This document shows positions 35,455 through 45,487 of a stretch of 64,000 nucleotides of DNA, piece by piece; the stretch's first letter is position 1, and the number at the start of each line of letters is the position of its first letter. A model generated the notes under the pieces. That model was not told the origin of the DNA. It did not search any database and saw only the letters and a list, made by a program, of their open reading frames with translations. Source of the DNA: a virus; the IMG/VR virus record IMGVR_UViG_3300035204_001874, positions 1 to 64,000 of that record, one strand, 5' to 3'. The position numbers and the translations under genes were made by a program.

Positions 35455-36463
35455 TGGTCAAGTTGATGACCACTCCGCCAAATCAATGGTAGCTCAAGGG
35501 GAGGACGTTCGACAAATTTTAGCCGCTGTTGAGACTGACAAAAAGACCTCAACAGATGGGTTAAAAAATTGCTACAACAAACTAGAAGTACGGTCATCAT
35601 CTATTGAGGGCTTTGGCGTTTTCGCTACCGCTGACATTAAAAAGGGTGAAATTCTAGAGGAAATACCATTTATTCTTTGGCCCCGCTATACTCTTCTGGG
35701 GGGCAAAATTTATCAAGCATTAAGAGGCAAAGATGACAATGGACCAGACTGGGTCTGTGATCGCGAAAAACATAACGAAGATATCTTGACCATGTTTGGG
35801 TTTAAAACGCCAGAAAAATACTATTTCAAATGGCACCCCCCACATCAAGACATTCACTTTAGCGTAATCCCTTTAGGCTTTGGTCCAATATACAACTCTT
35901 CAAACACAGACAACAACGCGGGGTGGCAAGCCAAAGAAAAAACCTTCGTATTTGTTTCCACTAGAGATATTAAAAAAGGCGAGGAAATATGTACCTTCTA
36001 CGGGTATTTTCTTTCTGAGCAGGGCGCGATATTCGGCGTTACAGACGTTTTAGGTTTAGGGGTAGACAAGTCCACTAAAGACGGACATACCTACTTAAGA
36101 TGTGTGAGGTTTGTAGGCCCAGAAGATATACAGATGAAAACTAATGATGCTGGATATCAAAAAATCAACTCTCTTTTAGGGGAAGCGAAAAAGAGCGGAG
36201 CAGAAGGGTTAAAAGTAAGAAGGATCAATATAGTAGAGAACGGTGAAGACAAGCATGTTTTTGATTTTCCTGAAAAATGGACAATCCACAATACCTACCT
36301 GAAGCTTAAGGAATTTAGGTTTTCAAGATTTAAAAATATAAAACTTCTTCTTACTTACGAAGAATCTTCTGAAAAAGAGGCCAACGACAAGAGGAGAGCA
36401 AAGAAAGAGCAAATAGTAGAGTTGGGAGAAGAAGTTGTAATTACTAATTTCAATGGTGTATGA
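35384..36463 (+). CDS. SET-domain protein with a C-terminal extension
   Basis: SSIEGFGVFATADIKKGE, IYNSS, RDIKKGEEICTFYG; start uncertain (ORF track 35294). Confidence 0.8.
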   Translation: MKNEQEKNTPTQEEAEAVEASPSDGQVDDHSAKSMVAQGEDVRQILAAVETDKKTSTDGLKNCYNKLEVRSSSIEGFGVFATADIKKGEILEEIPFILWPRYTLLGGKIYQALRGKDDNGPDWVCDREKHNEDILTMFGFKTPEKYYFKWHPPHQDIHFSVIPLGFGPIYNSSNTDNNAGWQAKEKTFVFVSTRDIKKGEEICTFYGYFLSEQGAIFGVTDVLGLGVDKSTKDGHTYLRCVRFVGPEDIQMKTNDAGYQKINSLLGEAKKSGAEGLKVRRINIVENGEDKHVFDFPEKWTIHNTYLKLKEFRFSRFKNIKLLLTYEESSEKEANDKRRAKKEQIVELGEEVVITNFNGV

Positions 36464-37410
36464 GGATAAGCGTTAGACTAGAAGGTGGACTAGGAGACCA
36501 CTTATGCGCTACTAGATTTATCCCAGCCATACAAGAAGAGTACCCCGAAGCGGTAATTACAGCGTACTCCGACACTTCTGGCAACTTTTTCCAGAAGGAA
36601 TGCTTAGATATTCTCTACCCTCATCTCTATGACGAAATTAAGGTAATTCCTAGTAAAAAATACGAAGAGTTTTGGATCAATTGTCAGTTCGGGGAAGACG
36701 TAGGCTTTGGTGCTCTAGAGAATATTCCTGATGACTGGGTAAATGAAATGGAATCTTATGAAAAGTTTTACGATCTCCATATCGACTCTCTCAAATGGCT
36801 AGATTACGATTTTGATTGGTATCGGTATTTTAGATTTTTTCCCGCACCGATAATTAAAAAAAATAAAAATAAAGACCCATATATAATATTCCAACTCCAC
36901 ACATCTCGCTCTGGAGAAAAAAACAAAAGCCACTACTTGGAGTCTTGGTACGTAAAAAAGATAATAGATGCACTTAGCGCAGAGTATAAATGTAAAATTA
37001 TCTCGACCCCCGAATTGTTAGATGAATACGAAGAGCTAAGAAAAAACGATAATGTAGAAATAGTGGTGGGGGAAATCGAGCACATAATAAATGAAATTAA
37101 AGACGCCTCCCTCTTCTTGGGGATAGACTCTGGCTTTAGATTCATTGGGTACTCTTTTGGTATACCAGCTATTTTGTTTGGCACTTTCTATGATAGGCCA
37201 AATTGGTGTGCTCCATTTCATCAGATAAGGTGGAGTTTTTTCCCAGAACAATGTTTCCCCCTGCATCACGACAGTAAAGCTATAACTAATTTGGCTTTTA
37301 AAATCATGGAAAACAAAGCATTTTCCCTGTATCCTTTTATCAATGATTTTGATATGGAAATGGTGAGAAGAAAGTGGACCATTAATAAAGAAAGAAGCGT
37401 CCTCGCATGA
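36460..37410 (+). CDS. GT9-like (heptosyltransferase-like) glycosyltransferase
   Basis: GGLGD, FLGIDSG, IPAILFG. Confidence 0.7.
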   Translation: MRISVRLEGGLGDHLCATRFIPAIQEEYPEAVITAYSDTSGNFFQKECLDILYPHLYDEIKVIPSKKYEEFWINCQFGEDVGFGALENIPDDWVNEMESYEKFYDLHIDSLKWLDYDFDWYRYFRFFPAPIIKKNKNKDPYIIFQLHTSRSGEKNKSHYLESWYVKKIIDALSAEYKCKIISTPELLDEYEELRKNDNVEIVVGEIEHIINEIKDASLFLGIDSGFRFIGYSFGIPAILFGTFYDRPNWCAPFHQIRWSFFPEQCFPLHHDSKAITNLAFKIMENKAFSLYPFINDFDMEMVRRKWTINKERSVLA

Positions 37411-38012
37411 TAGTAGACTGTTGCAATTTAGAAAATAACCTAGAATTATTAAACGTAAGACTGGGCATCCTAAACCCTTACGTTGATAAGTTTTTGGTTT
37501 TTGACTTTGATAATAACAACCTTCAACACGATAAAGTCTCAGTGATAACAGAACAAAACGACGGTTGGAACTGGGATAACCTAACGAGCCCCCTGCAAAA
37601 CCTAGGGCTAACTTCTGGTGACTTGGTTATCTTCTCAGATGTTAATGAAATTCCCAACTTGTCAGAGCTTGCGGCATTGTCAGAATTTACGAGAGGTGCC
37701 CGCGCTGCCTCTTTTACCAATCTTACCTTCTCTAACTTTTTTAACATGAAATCTTTCGACGTTATAGAAGGCAACAATCAAATAGATAAACTTTCACACA
37801 ATTCTATTGCGTGCTTCTATGAAACATTTAAAATGTGGAACCCGCAAAAAATTTGGGATAAGAGAGCATCCCTATCTAAATTTGACCAAGCTAAAGGCTG
37901 GCGTTTAGAAATTGATGACTCCGCAAACTCTAGAAAAATAGATATCGAAGATTACTTTCCAGATCATTTTGTAGAGGAAAAAGATAAATACAAAAATTTA
38001 ATTAAGCCATGA
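37407..38012 (+). CDS. GT17-like glycosyltransferase (divergent)
   Basis: LELLNVRL...VDKF, DLVIFSDVNEIP, GW. Confidence 0.6.
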   Translation: MIVDCCNLENNLELLNVRLGILNPYVDKFLVFDFDNNNLQHDKVSVITEQNDGWNWDNLTSPLQNLGLTSGDLVIFSDVNEIPNLSELAALSEFTRGARAASFTNLTFSNFFNMKSFDVIEGNNQIDKLSHNSIACFYETFKMWNPQKIWDKRASLSKFDQAKGWRLEIDDSANSRKIDIEDYFPDHFVEEKDKYKNLIKP

Positions 38013-38716
38013 AGCGTGACCCTAACTTTCATAACTTGGCTGGCGGACTTTATCTAACAGAAAAATTCATTTCTATATCAAGGTCTCTCTTAAGGGATGA
38101 AGACGTAGAGGTGATTTTTGATTTAGGTTCTCGTGATGGAGTAGAATCGTTAGCTATTTCCCACCATTACCAAAATGCAAAAATTTACGCTTTTGAATGT
38201 AATTCCGTTACGTTACCATTAGCTCACGAGCTTACGTTGGGTAACCTCAATATAGAAATTGTCGAAAAAGCGGTTTTAAATTACTCTGGCAAAACTAAAT
38301 TTAATGTTGTTGGCCCAGATAATGAAGACTATAACCCAGGAGCTTCCTCTGTATTTCAATTTGGAGAAGAGAAAGAATCTAAATATCAAACCACAACTGA
38401 GGTTGAAGTAGAATGCGTTAGGTTAGATGACTGGATGAAGGAAAACTCTATACCAAAAGTTGACTTAATATGGATGGACCTACAGGGGGCCGAACTTTTA
38501 GCGATGGAGGGACTGGGCAGCTTTTTGAAAAATGTAAAAGTTATCCATACCGAAGTAGAGTTGCGTCAATATTACAAAGACCAACCTCTCGCTAATGAAG
38601 TGGAAGAGTGGTTTGATAGTAGGGGCTTTTCGAAAGTATATGTGAGGCCACATGACTCTGACGCTCTTGATACTGATTATATTTTTGTAAACAGGTCGTT
38701 AATGTCGTCTTGTTAA
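38009..38716 (+). CDS. FkbM-family methyltransferase
   Basis: FDLGSRDG, AFECN, GASS, WMDLQGAEL. Confidence 0.85.
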   Translation: MKRDPNFHNLAGGLYLTEKFISISRSLLRDEDVEVIFDLGSRDGVESLAISHHYQNAKIYAFECNSVTLPLAHELTLGNLNIEIVEKAVLNYSGKTKFNVVGPDNEDYNPGASSVFQFGEEKESKYQTTTEVEVECVRLDDWMKENSIPKVDLIWMDLQGAELLAMEGLGSFLKNVKVIHTEVELRQYYKDQPLANEVEEWFDSRGFSKVYVRPHDSDALDTDYIFVNRSLMSSC

Positions 38717-39144
38717 ATTTTATGAAAGTATTCACTAATGGCTGTTTCGACGTGCTGCATAGAGCTCACGTAGAATTATTGCTTTATTGCCACAGGCTCG
38801 CTGTCCCTGTTATTGGTGGAGAAGTAATTGTTGGGATAAACTCTGACGAAAGCATCAAAAAACTAAAGGGAGAAGATAGACCGTTCAACCACCAAGTGGA
38901 TAGACAGTTTGTTTTAAAAAGCCTCAAATTCGTAGATAACGTTCACATTTTTGAAGAAGATACTCCTTACGAATTAATAAGAAGAATTAGACCTGACATA
39001 ATAGTTAAGGGTGGAGACTATAAGGAAGAAGACGTGGTTGGAGGTGACCTTTGTGAGGTGATGATTTTCGACTATATAGATGGATACTCAACCACCGACG
39101 CTTTAGAAAGGATGAGTCAATGCCCTCAAGAAAAAAAGTCATAA
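38710..39144 (+). CDS. Heptose-1-phosphate adenylyltransferase (RfaE/HldE domain II)
   Basis: FTNGCFDVLHRAH, GINSDESI, KGEDRP, VKGGDY, YSTT. Confidence 0.9.
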   Translation: MLNFMKVFTNGCFDVLHRAHVELLLYCHRLAVPVIGGEVIVGINSDESIKKLKGEDRPFNHQVDRQFVLKSLKFVDNVHIFEEDTPYELIRRIRPDIIVKGGDYKEEDVVGGDLCEVMIFDYIDGYSTTDALERMSQCPQEKKS

Positions 39145-40190
39145 TCACTGGAGCCCTTGGTCAAGACGGATCGAACATGTCGGATTACCTTTTAAGCAAG
39201 GGGTACAAAGTTTACGGCATGATGAGGCGTTCTGCTACTCCAAATTTCAGCAACATAAAAGAAGCACTCAAGAATTCTCGCTTCGAACTTGTTGATGGAG
39301 ATTTAACGGATGAAGTTTGCATATCTAATCTCATAAAAAAAATCAAGCCTTCTTACCTTGTGAATTTTGGTGCGAATTCTTTTGTCGGGTGCAGTTGGAA
39401 CATGCCCCTACAGGTTTTTGACACCAACGCCTTAGGAGTTATAAGATGTCTAGAGGCAATCAAAACTCACAAACCTAATTGCAGATTCTATAGTGCTGGA
39501 AGCAGTGAAGAATTTGGAGACGTTGATTACAGCCCGCAAGATATTCTTCACCCACTTAAACCTAGAAGCCCCTATGGAGCTTCAAAATGTGCTGCTCGAC
39601 ACGCAGTAAAAGTATATAGAGAAAGTTACAATATATATGCTGTTCACGGAGTCCTTTTCAATCACGAAGGAGTGAGGAGAGGCGAAGAATTTGTTACTAG
39701 AAAAATTTCAAAGGGAGCCTCTCGAATTTATCACGAAATGAGGGATGTAGATAAATGGAGAAAGCGTAATGGGGGAATCCCCAAATTTGACCCAATAGAA
39801 CTTGGGAATCTTGACGCAAAAAGAGACTGGAGCGATAGTGAAGATTTTGTTCGAGGAGTATGGTTAATGCTAAACCGAAAAACGCCGAAAGATTATGTTC
39901 TCGCCAGCGGAGAAACTCATTCGATTAGAGAGTTCGTGGAAGAAGCCTTCCTCTGCCTTAAGATAGACGGTAAGTGGGTCGGCAAAAATGAAAATACGAC
40001 CTTTGTTCACGCTTGGCACAATGAAAAGCTCGCCTTGGTGAAGGTCAACCCAGAATTCTATAGACCAGCAGAAGTCGAGCTTTTAATTGGCGATTCTTCC
40101 CCAATTAGAAAGGAATTAAAATGGAAACCTAAAACAAATTTTAAAGAACTCGTTCAGAAGATGGTTAAATATGATTTGAAAAATCCTTGA
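39120..40190 (+). CDS. gmd: GDP-mannose 4,6-dehydratase
   Basis: ITGALGQDGS, PRSPYGASK, FNHEG, FVTRKI, LGNLDAKRDW, YRPAEV. Confidence 0.93.
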   Translation: MPSRKKVIITGALGQDGSNMSDYLLSKGYKVYGMMRRSATPNFSNIKEALKNSRFELVDGDLTDEVCISNLIKKIKPSYLVNFGANSFVGCSWNMPLQVFDTNALGVIRCLEAIKTHKPNCRFYSAGSSEEFGDVDYSPQDILHPLKPRSPYGASKCAARHAVKVYRESYNIYAVHGVLFNHEGVRRGEEFVTRKISKGASRIYHEMRDVDKWRKRNGGIPKFDPIELGNLDAKRDWSDSEDFVRGVWLMLNRKTPKDYVLASGETHSIREFVEEAFLCLKIDGKWVGKNENTTFVHAWHNEKLALVKVNPEFYRPAEVELLIGDSSPIRKELKWKPKTNFKELVQKMVKYDLKNP

Positions 40191-40224
40191 CTCTCTTTCA
40201 AATAGAGAGTATCATACCTCATGA

Positions 40225-40590
40225 ATGAAAGAGAAAGGCACAGCCCCAAAGGGATTCTACCATTTTATGGTACAGAGATTTTTGAAGGAGGATAAGGAGT
40301 TGACTCCCAGAGTGTGGGCTAGGGAAATTAAAATAGCAAAAAAAATTTTTAATTCATACCCTAATGTGTATTTTTGGAATCAAGTAGACCTTGGTTTTCC
40401 GTTAAATTCTCTAGCTTGGTTTTGCTCCCCCGAAGGGAAGTACGCCTTGATCATTCAGCGTAAGAAAATCAGCTATAAGCCAAAAAAGAATAAGACTTAC
40501 GAGTTGTCAAAAAAAATTGGCAAAAACAAAGAGATAACGAAAAGAAAAAAAACATTAATGGATTTTCTAAATGAGCAAAAAAAGAATTAG
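40225..40590 (+). CDS. Hypothetical protein
   Basis: Preceded by TTGACT-N17-TATCAT (40187-40215). Confidence 0.6.
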   Translation: MKEKGTAPKGFYHFMVQRFLKEDKELTPRVWAREIKIAKKIFNSYPNVYFWNQVDLGFPLNSLAWFCSPEGKYALIIQRKKISYKPKKNKTYELSKKIGKNKEITKRKKTLMDFLNEQKKN

Positions 40591-41644
40591 TTCACTACTC
40601 GAAGATAAAAGATTCAAGGGTGACCACTACAATCACTTAGAAAAAGTAAGTTGGGTTTGCAGCACGGGAAGCTTACAACTTGACCTTTTTCTAGATGGAG
40701 GAATCAGGCCTGGGTTTTTCAGGATTTCCGGTGAACCTGAGAGCGGCAAAACCAGCTTCGCCCTCAACGCCGCAAAGATATTTCAAGAGAGTATTCCGAA
40801 TGGCTTTGTGTTTTACATTAACGCGGAAGGAAGACTTACTGATGAATTGATAGAGCGTTCTGGGGTTGACACTAGCGAAAATAAATGGTGCTGCTTTGAT
40901 TCGAATATTCTAGAAACAGCGATGGGAATGGTTAAAGAGCTCATTAGTGAAAACGGGAAAGGGGAAGACAAGGAGCAGTATCGATACTTGTTTGTTATTG
41001 ACTCTACAGACGCGCTGATAAAAAAAGCAGACCTTGGTAAAAAATTCGAAGAAGGACAGAAGGTCGCTGGGTCAGCCGTAATTTTTTCTCACGTAGGCAA
41101 AGTAACGAGCTTGCCTCTATCAAAAAATGGACATGCGATGTTTATTCTTTCTCAAACTCGATACAAAATGAACATGGGAATGGGCACGGGCTCTGGAACT
41201 ACTCAGTCTGGAGGCAAAGCTCTTAATTTTTATAGTTCCCTTATTGCTGAAATTAAACCTCTCTGGACTGATCTTTATATTTGGGAGAACCCCAGCGGAG
41301 CATCAATAGATAAAAAGGGAAAAAGGCTTGGGCATCAATGCGTTTTTAGGTTTACAAAAACCCGCAACGAAAAAACTGGCCAAGTGATAGACGTGCCAAT
41401 TAAATACGGGACGAAAGGAGGAGCGATATGGACAGAGCACGAAGTTATGAATCTTTGTCTTCAATTTGAATTTCTTCATAAAAAGAACGCTGGATGGTTT
41501 GAGTTCGACAAAGAACTAATCGATGACGCTGGAGATATAGAGTTCAAAGCGAAACACCAAGGGTTAAATAACCTAATTAACTACTTAGAGGAGAACGAGG
41601 AAGTAACCCAGTTCTTAGTAAAGAAATTCAAACAACTACTATGA
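40571..41644 (+). CDS. recA: RecA-like recombinase
   Basis: STGSLQLDLFL, GEPESGKT, VIDS, SGGKALNFYSS. Confidence 0.85.
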   Translation: MSKKRISSLLEDKRFKGDHYNHLEKVSWVCSTGSLQLDLFLDGGIRPGFFRISGEPESGKTSFALNAAKIFQESIPNGFVFYINAEGRLTDELIERSGVDTSENKWCCFDSNILETAMGMVKELISENGKGEDKEQYRYLFVIDSTDALIKKADLGKKFEEGQKVAGSAVIFSHVGKVTSLPLSKNGHAMFILSQTRYKMNMGMGTGSGTTQSGGKALNFYSSLIAEIKPLWTDLYIWENPSGASIDKKGKRLGHQCVFRFTKTRNEKTGQVIDVPIKYGTKGGAIWTEHEVMNLCLQFEFLHKKNAGWFEFDKELIDDAGDIEFKAKHQGLNNLINYLEENEEVTQFLVKKFKQLL

Positions 41645-42054
41645 GACTGTATAGCGTAACAGGTAGGTTGGTAAATAAAAATGTAAGCAGATACCTAATA
41701 AATTGGGATAAAAAATCTAGATCAAAAATACAATTTAAAACAAAACAATTTTTAAAAGAGTACTGGGAAAACCATATTGTTTACGAGGAATTCCCAGTGT
41801 ACGGCACGAGACTAAAAGTGGACATTTTGAATGCTACAAAAAAAATCGCAATAGAAGTGAACGGAAGACAGCACACTTCTTTTAGTAAGTTTTTCCACAA
41901 GACTCGAATAAATTATTTACGTTCCCTTAAGAGGGATCATAAAAAGCTAGAGTGGTTGAGAGTAAACGACTTTGAACTAATAGAAATAGAAGAAAAAGAA
42001 GTACCCTTAATAAGTTATGAATTCATTGAGGATAAATTTGGAGTAAAATTATAA
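41641..42054 (+). CDS. DUF559/Vsr-like PD-(D/E)XK endonuclease
   Basis: EEFPV...VDIL...AIEVNGRQH...RD. Confidence 0.75.
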   Translation: MRLYSVTGRLVNKNVSRYLINWDKKSRSKIQFKTKQFLKEYWENHIVYEEFPVYGTRLKVDILNATKKIAIEVNGRQHTSFSKFFHKTRINYLRSLKRDHKKLEWLRVNDFELIEIEEKEVPLISYEFIEDKFGVKL

Positions 42055-43541
42055 TGGCGTTACATTCGTATAACATAGAGAAGCACGTTTTAGGAGGTTT
42101 AATTAATAATTCGGAGGTTTTTGCGGACATTGAAGCGTTCGTGTCTGACAAGGATTTTTATTCAGACGTACACAGCACCATCTACTGTTGTGTAAGAGAC
42201 ATACTAATAAAAAATGAAAAAATTGATAAAGTTATTTTATCTCAAAAGATAAAGAATTTGGGGATATCTTTTAAAGACGACATTAACATTTTTGATTATG
42301 TCGATAGCATATCCTTTACTCAAATTTCTGCGAAGGCAACGATAGAAGCAGCTAAAGAGCTAGTTTCATTAAGGGTAAGGCGAGACTTAGATAGGACGGC
42401 GGGTCAAATCAAACGGCACGTACTAGATTCCTTAGATAAAGATATTTCGTCAGTTATATCTGAGGTTGACGCTATTTATGGAGATAAGGTATCTAGTTAT
42501 TACTCGGAAGAAGATAGACCTAAACCTTTGTTGGATGGAATTATCGAAAAAATTGAAGAACGAGGCAATAAGGTGCAAGAGGAAATCGGATTTCAAGTAC
42601 CTTATCCTGACTTCAACAGGCTTTATGGTGGACTGCGTCCAAAATGTCTTTATGTATTTATCGCTCGACCAGGAAACGGCAAAACCACGTTAATCAACGA
42701 TTTGTTATTTAAAGCTTGCGAGATAAACAACACGAAAGCTTTAGTGTTAGATACGGAAATGGCGAGCGAAGATATCGAATTTAGAATGTTTTCTTCGATG
42801 AGTCAGGTGCCCATGTGGCATTTGGAAACAGGTAATTGGAGAAAAAATCCAGAATTAGCAAAAAAAACCAACGAAGGGTTCAAAAAGGTCAAGGAGTATC
42901 TAGAGACAGGCAAGATAGACCATCATTTTATCGCAGATAAACACATTGACGAAGTCTGCTCACTTATTCGACGTTGGAAATTGGCTCACGTAGGCAGAAA
43001 TGGCAGGTGCATTATCGCTTTGGACTATCTTAAGCTTACTGGCGAAGGCGTAGATAAATCTTGGATGGAGTACCAAGCTATTGGCGAAAAAGTTAATAAA
43101 TTAAAAAAGCTTGCTTCAGAATTAGATTGCCCAATCGTAACAGCGGTACAATCTAACCGTAGTGGTGAAGGCAGAAGAGTCGGAGACCCAGTTGACTCAG
43201 GAGTGATAGCTTTATCAGATAGAATTCAATGGTTTGCTGACTTTACCGCTTTCTTGACAAGAAAAACTCGTGAGGAAATAGCTTGGGACGGAGAACGCTT
43301 TGGAACCCATATGCTTGTACCTTTTAAAACTCGATATCAAGGACAAGACGCGGCTGGTCATCAAGACTTAGTAAGACGAACAGACCCCAATGGCAGAGAA
43401 AAATTTTATGAAAATTTCTTAAACTTCAACATCGAAAATTTTAACGTGGAAGAGAGAGGTACCCTGCGTGACATAGCCGAACAAGAGTTAGGTATGGTTA
43501 GGCCAGACGACGTTAACAATCGAGACGGAGAACTGCTTTAA
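42054..43541 (+). CDS. dnaB: Replicative DNA helicase
   Basis: EKHVLGGL, ARPGNGKT, LDTEM, LDYLKL, VQSNR. Confidence 0.92.
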   Translation: MALHSYNIEKHVLGGLINNSEVFADIEAFVSDKDFYSDVHSTIYCCVRDILIKNEKIDKVILSQKIKNLGISFKDDINIFDYVDSISFTQISAKATIEAAKELVSLRVRRDLDRTAGQIKRHVLDSLDKDISSVISEVDAIYGDKVSSYYSEEDRPKPLLDGIIEKIEERGNKVQEEIGFQVPYPDFNRLYGGLRPKCLYVFIARPGNGKTTLINDLLFKACEINNTKALVLDTEMASEDIEFRMFSSMSQVPMWHLETGNWRKNPELAKKTNEGFKKVKEYLETGKIDHHFIADKHIDEVCSLIRRWKLAHVGRNGRCIIALDYLKLTGEGVDKSWMEYQAIGEKVNKLKKLASELDCPIVTAVQSNRSGEGRRVGDPVDSGVIALSDRIQWFADFTAFLTRKTREEIAWDGERFGTHMLVPFKTRYQGQDAAGHQDLVRRTDPNGREKFYENFLNFNIENFNVEERGTLRDIAEQELGMVRPDDVNNRDGELL

Positions 43542-44458
43542 TGTATAGTTCAGTAAAAGATATACTTACGGAAATTGGTTACGATCTATTAGATCAAGGC
43601 AAAAATTACCGCACGAAGCCCCTCTATCGAGATTCTGATAGCAGTAATGTCCTATCGATAGATAAAGAGTCGGGAGTTTGGTATGACTTCAAAGAGAAGC
43701 GGGGGGGCAAATTCGAAGAGTTGATTCGCTTATCTCTTAAGCAGGGAGACATTACAGAAACGAAAGAGTGGCTGAAGTTAAAGGCTGGGAGAAGTGGCCC
43801 AATAGTTAAAAAAGAAAAACCCAAACTTAAAATGCCCAAAAAATACCCTAAAGAGATACTTCTCAAACTAAAAAAGGACCATTCGTATTGGGAAGGGAGG
43901 GGCATAAATCCCGAAGTCTCAAAGATTTTCGAAGGAGGGGTGGCTGAATCAGGGCAAATGGCAAACAGGTATGTCTTCCCAATATTCAACTCTCTAGACG
44001 AAGTGGTCGGTTTCACTGGTCGTTATCTTAAAGATATACCTGCGAATTCCAAAATACCAAAATGGAAACACGTTGGAGGAACATCGGGTTGGTGCTTCCC
44101 ACTAAAACACAACAAGAAGCACATATTTAAAAACAAAAGCATCATCTTAGTTGAAAGTGTGGGCGATACACTTGCGCTATGGAATGCTGGGATTTATAAT
44201 TCAATGGTGACCTTTGGGTTAACGGTAAGCAAAGCTGTCACATTGGTTTTATTGAGGATGGATGTTCAGCAAATTTTTATTTCATTTAATAATGATTTCG
44301 AAAACAACGCGGGCAATAGAGCCGCCGAAGAAGCTAAGAAACAGTTGCTGAAACATTTCGATTCTGAACAAGTGAAAGTATCCCTACCGTTTAAGAATGA
44401 CTTTGGAGACATGAACGTTAGCGAGATAAACCAATGGCATTCAACTATAAATAAATAA
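43541..44458 (+). CDS. DnaG-like primase (TOPRIM)
   Basis: RYVFPI, VGFTGR, PKWKH, ILVESVGD, SFNND, NDFGD. Confidence 0.85.
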   Translation: MYSSVKDILTEIGYDLLDQGKNYRTKPLYRDSDSSNVLSIDKESGVWYDFKEKRGGKFEELIRLSLKQGDITETKEWLKLKAGRSGPIVKKEKPKLKMPKKYPKEILLKLKKDHSYWEGRGINPEVSKIFEGGVAESGQMANRYVFPIFNSLDEVVGFTGRYLKDIPANSKIPKWKHVGGTSGWCFPLKHNKKHIFKNKSIILVESVGDTLALWNAGIYNSMVTFGLTVSKAVTLVLLRMDVQQIFISFNNDFENNAGNRAAEEAKKQLLKHFDSEQVKVSLPFKNDFGDMNVSEINQWHSTINK

Positions 44459-44459
44459 T

Positions 44460-45455
44460 ATGTCCAAAGAGGTATATTTATCTGCATCTAGGATGAAGAC
44501 TCTTGAGTCTTGTTCTTGGCTGTATTGGTGTAAGTACGGACTAAAACTCCCAGATACCACAAACTCAGGAGCATTAAGGGGTACCATTTGCCATTTGGTT
44601 TTCGAACTCCTATTAAACCCAAAGCATAAAAAGCATCACAGTTCTATTTCCGCAAATAAAACTATAGAAGCGTCTAAGTCTGTAGACAGGTTGGTGAGGA
44701 AGCACCTAAAGTCTTCTGGAATTCTTGATACTGAAAATTACGATTTAGTAAACGAAATGATTGTGGTGGGTTTACGCAACGACTTTTTCGTAGAAGGAGC
44801 AGAGCTCTTAGACCCAGAATTTGAATTCGATATAACGAACGAAGAACCTCGCTACAGAATCTTCGGGTTTATAGATAAAGCTGCTAAGTTTAAAAAGGAA
44901 AATAAAATTTTAATCAGCGATTACAAGTCAAGCAAAGCGAAATTTAAAGGAGAAGAGCTCGACTGCAATATTCAAGCCATGATATATAGCTTGGTAGCCA
45001 AGAAAACTTGGCCCAAACTAAAGCCTGTTATCGAATTCATTTTTCTTCGGTTTCCTAGAAAGCCAATTCAAAAACTTGAGTTTAGTGATGACACGCTAAA
45101 GGGGTTTGAGTATTACCTAGAGGAAACCTACAAAAGAATTTGCGAATTTGATGAAAACGACGCCAAGTCTAATTTCGCTGCCGATAAGCCTATACCCAAA
45201 GTAGGGTTTAGCGGCAAATTAATGTGTGGGTTTGCCAAATACCCTGGTCAATTAAAAAAGGATGGTAACCTTATGTGGCATTGTCCATATAAATTCTCTT
45301 TCTCCTATTACGTTTTAAAAAATAAAAATGGGAAAATTTTAAAAACAAGCTTTGAGAACACCTTCTCCCCAAAGAATGGAGAAACTGTGGAAAAGAACGA
45401 ATACGAAGGGTGCCCAAAACACAAAAGCAAAGACATATTGGACTCTTTTTCTTGA
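44460..45455 (+). CDS. Cas4/RecB-like PD-(D/E)XK exonuclease
   Basis: LSASR...C, GTICH, GFIDK, ISDYKSSK, QAMIY, C-terminal cysteines. Confidence 0.82.
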   Translation: MSKEVYLSASRMKTLESCSWLYWCKYGLKLPDTTNSGALRGTICHLVFELLLNPKHKKHHSSISANKTIEASKSVDRLVRKHLKSSGILDTENYDLVNEMIVVGLRNDFFVEGAELLDPEFEFDITNEEPRYRIFGFIDKAAKFKKENKILISDYKSSKAKFKGEELDCNIQAMIYSLVAKKTWPKLKPVIEFIFLRFPRKPIQKLEFSDDTLKGFEYYLEETYKRICEFDENDAKSNFAADKPIPKVGFSGKLMCGFAKYPGQLKKDGNLMWHCPYKFSFSYYVLKNKNGKILKTSFENTFSPKNGETVEKNEYEGCPKHKSKDILDSFS

Positions 45456-45479
45456 CAAAGCCTAAGACTCCCTTACAAT
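45452..45479 (+). promoter_or_regulatory. Sigma-70-type promoter
   Basis: TTGACA-N16-TACAAT, 8 nt before the ATG at 45488. Confidence 0.65.
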
Positions 45480-45487
45480 CTCCCTTG

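Noticed and set aside
44460-45455. Cas4 as part of a CRISPR system
   Set aside because: It lies in the replication module with no cas1/cas2 or array; stand-alone Cas4-like nucleases are common in phages.
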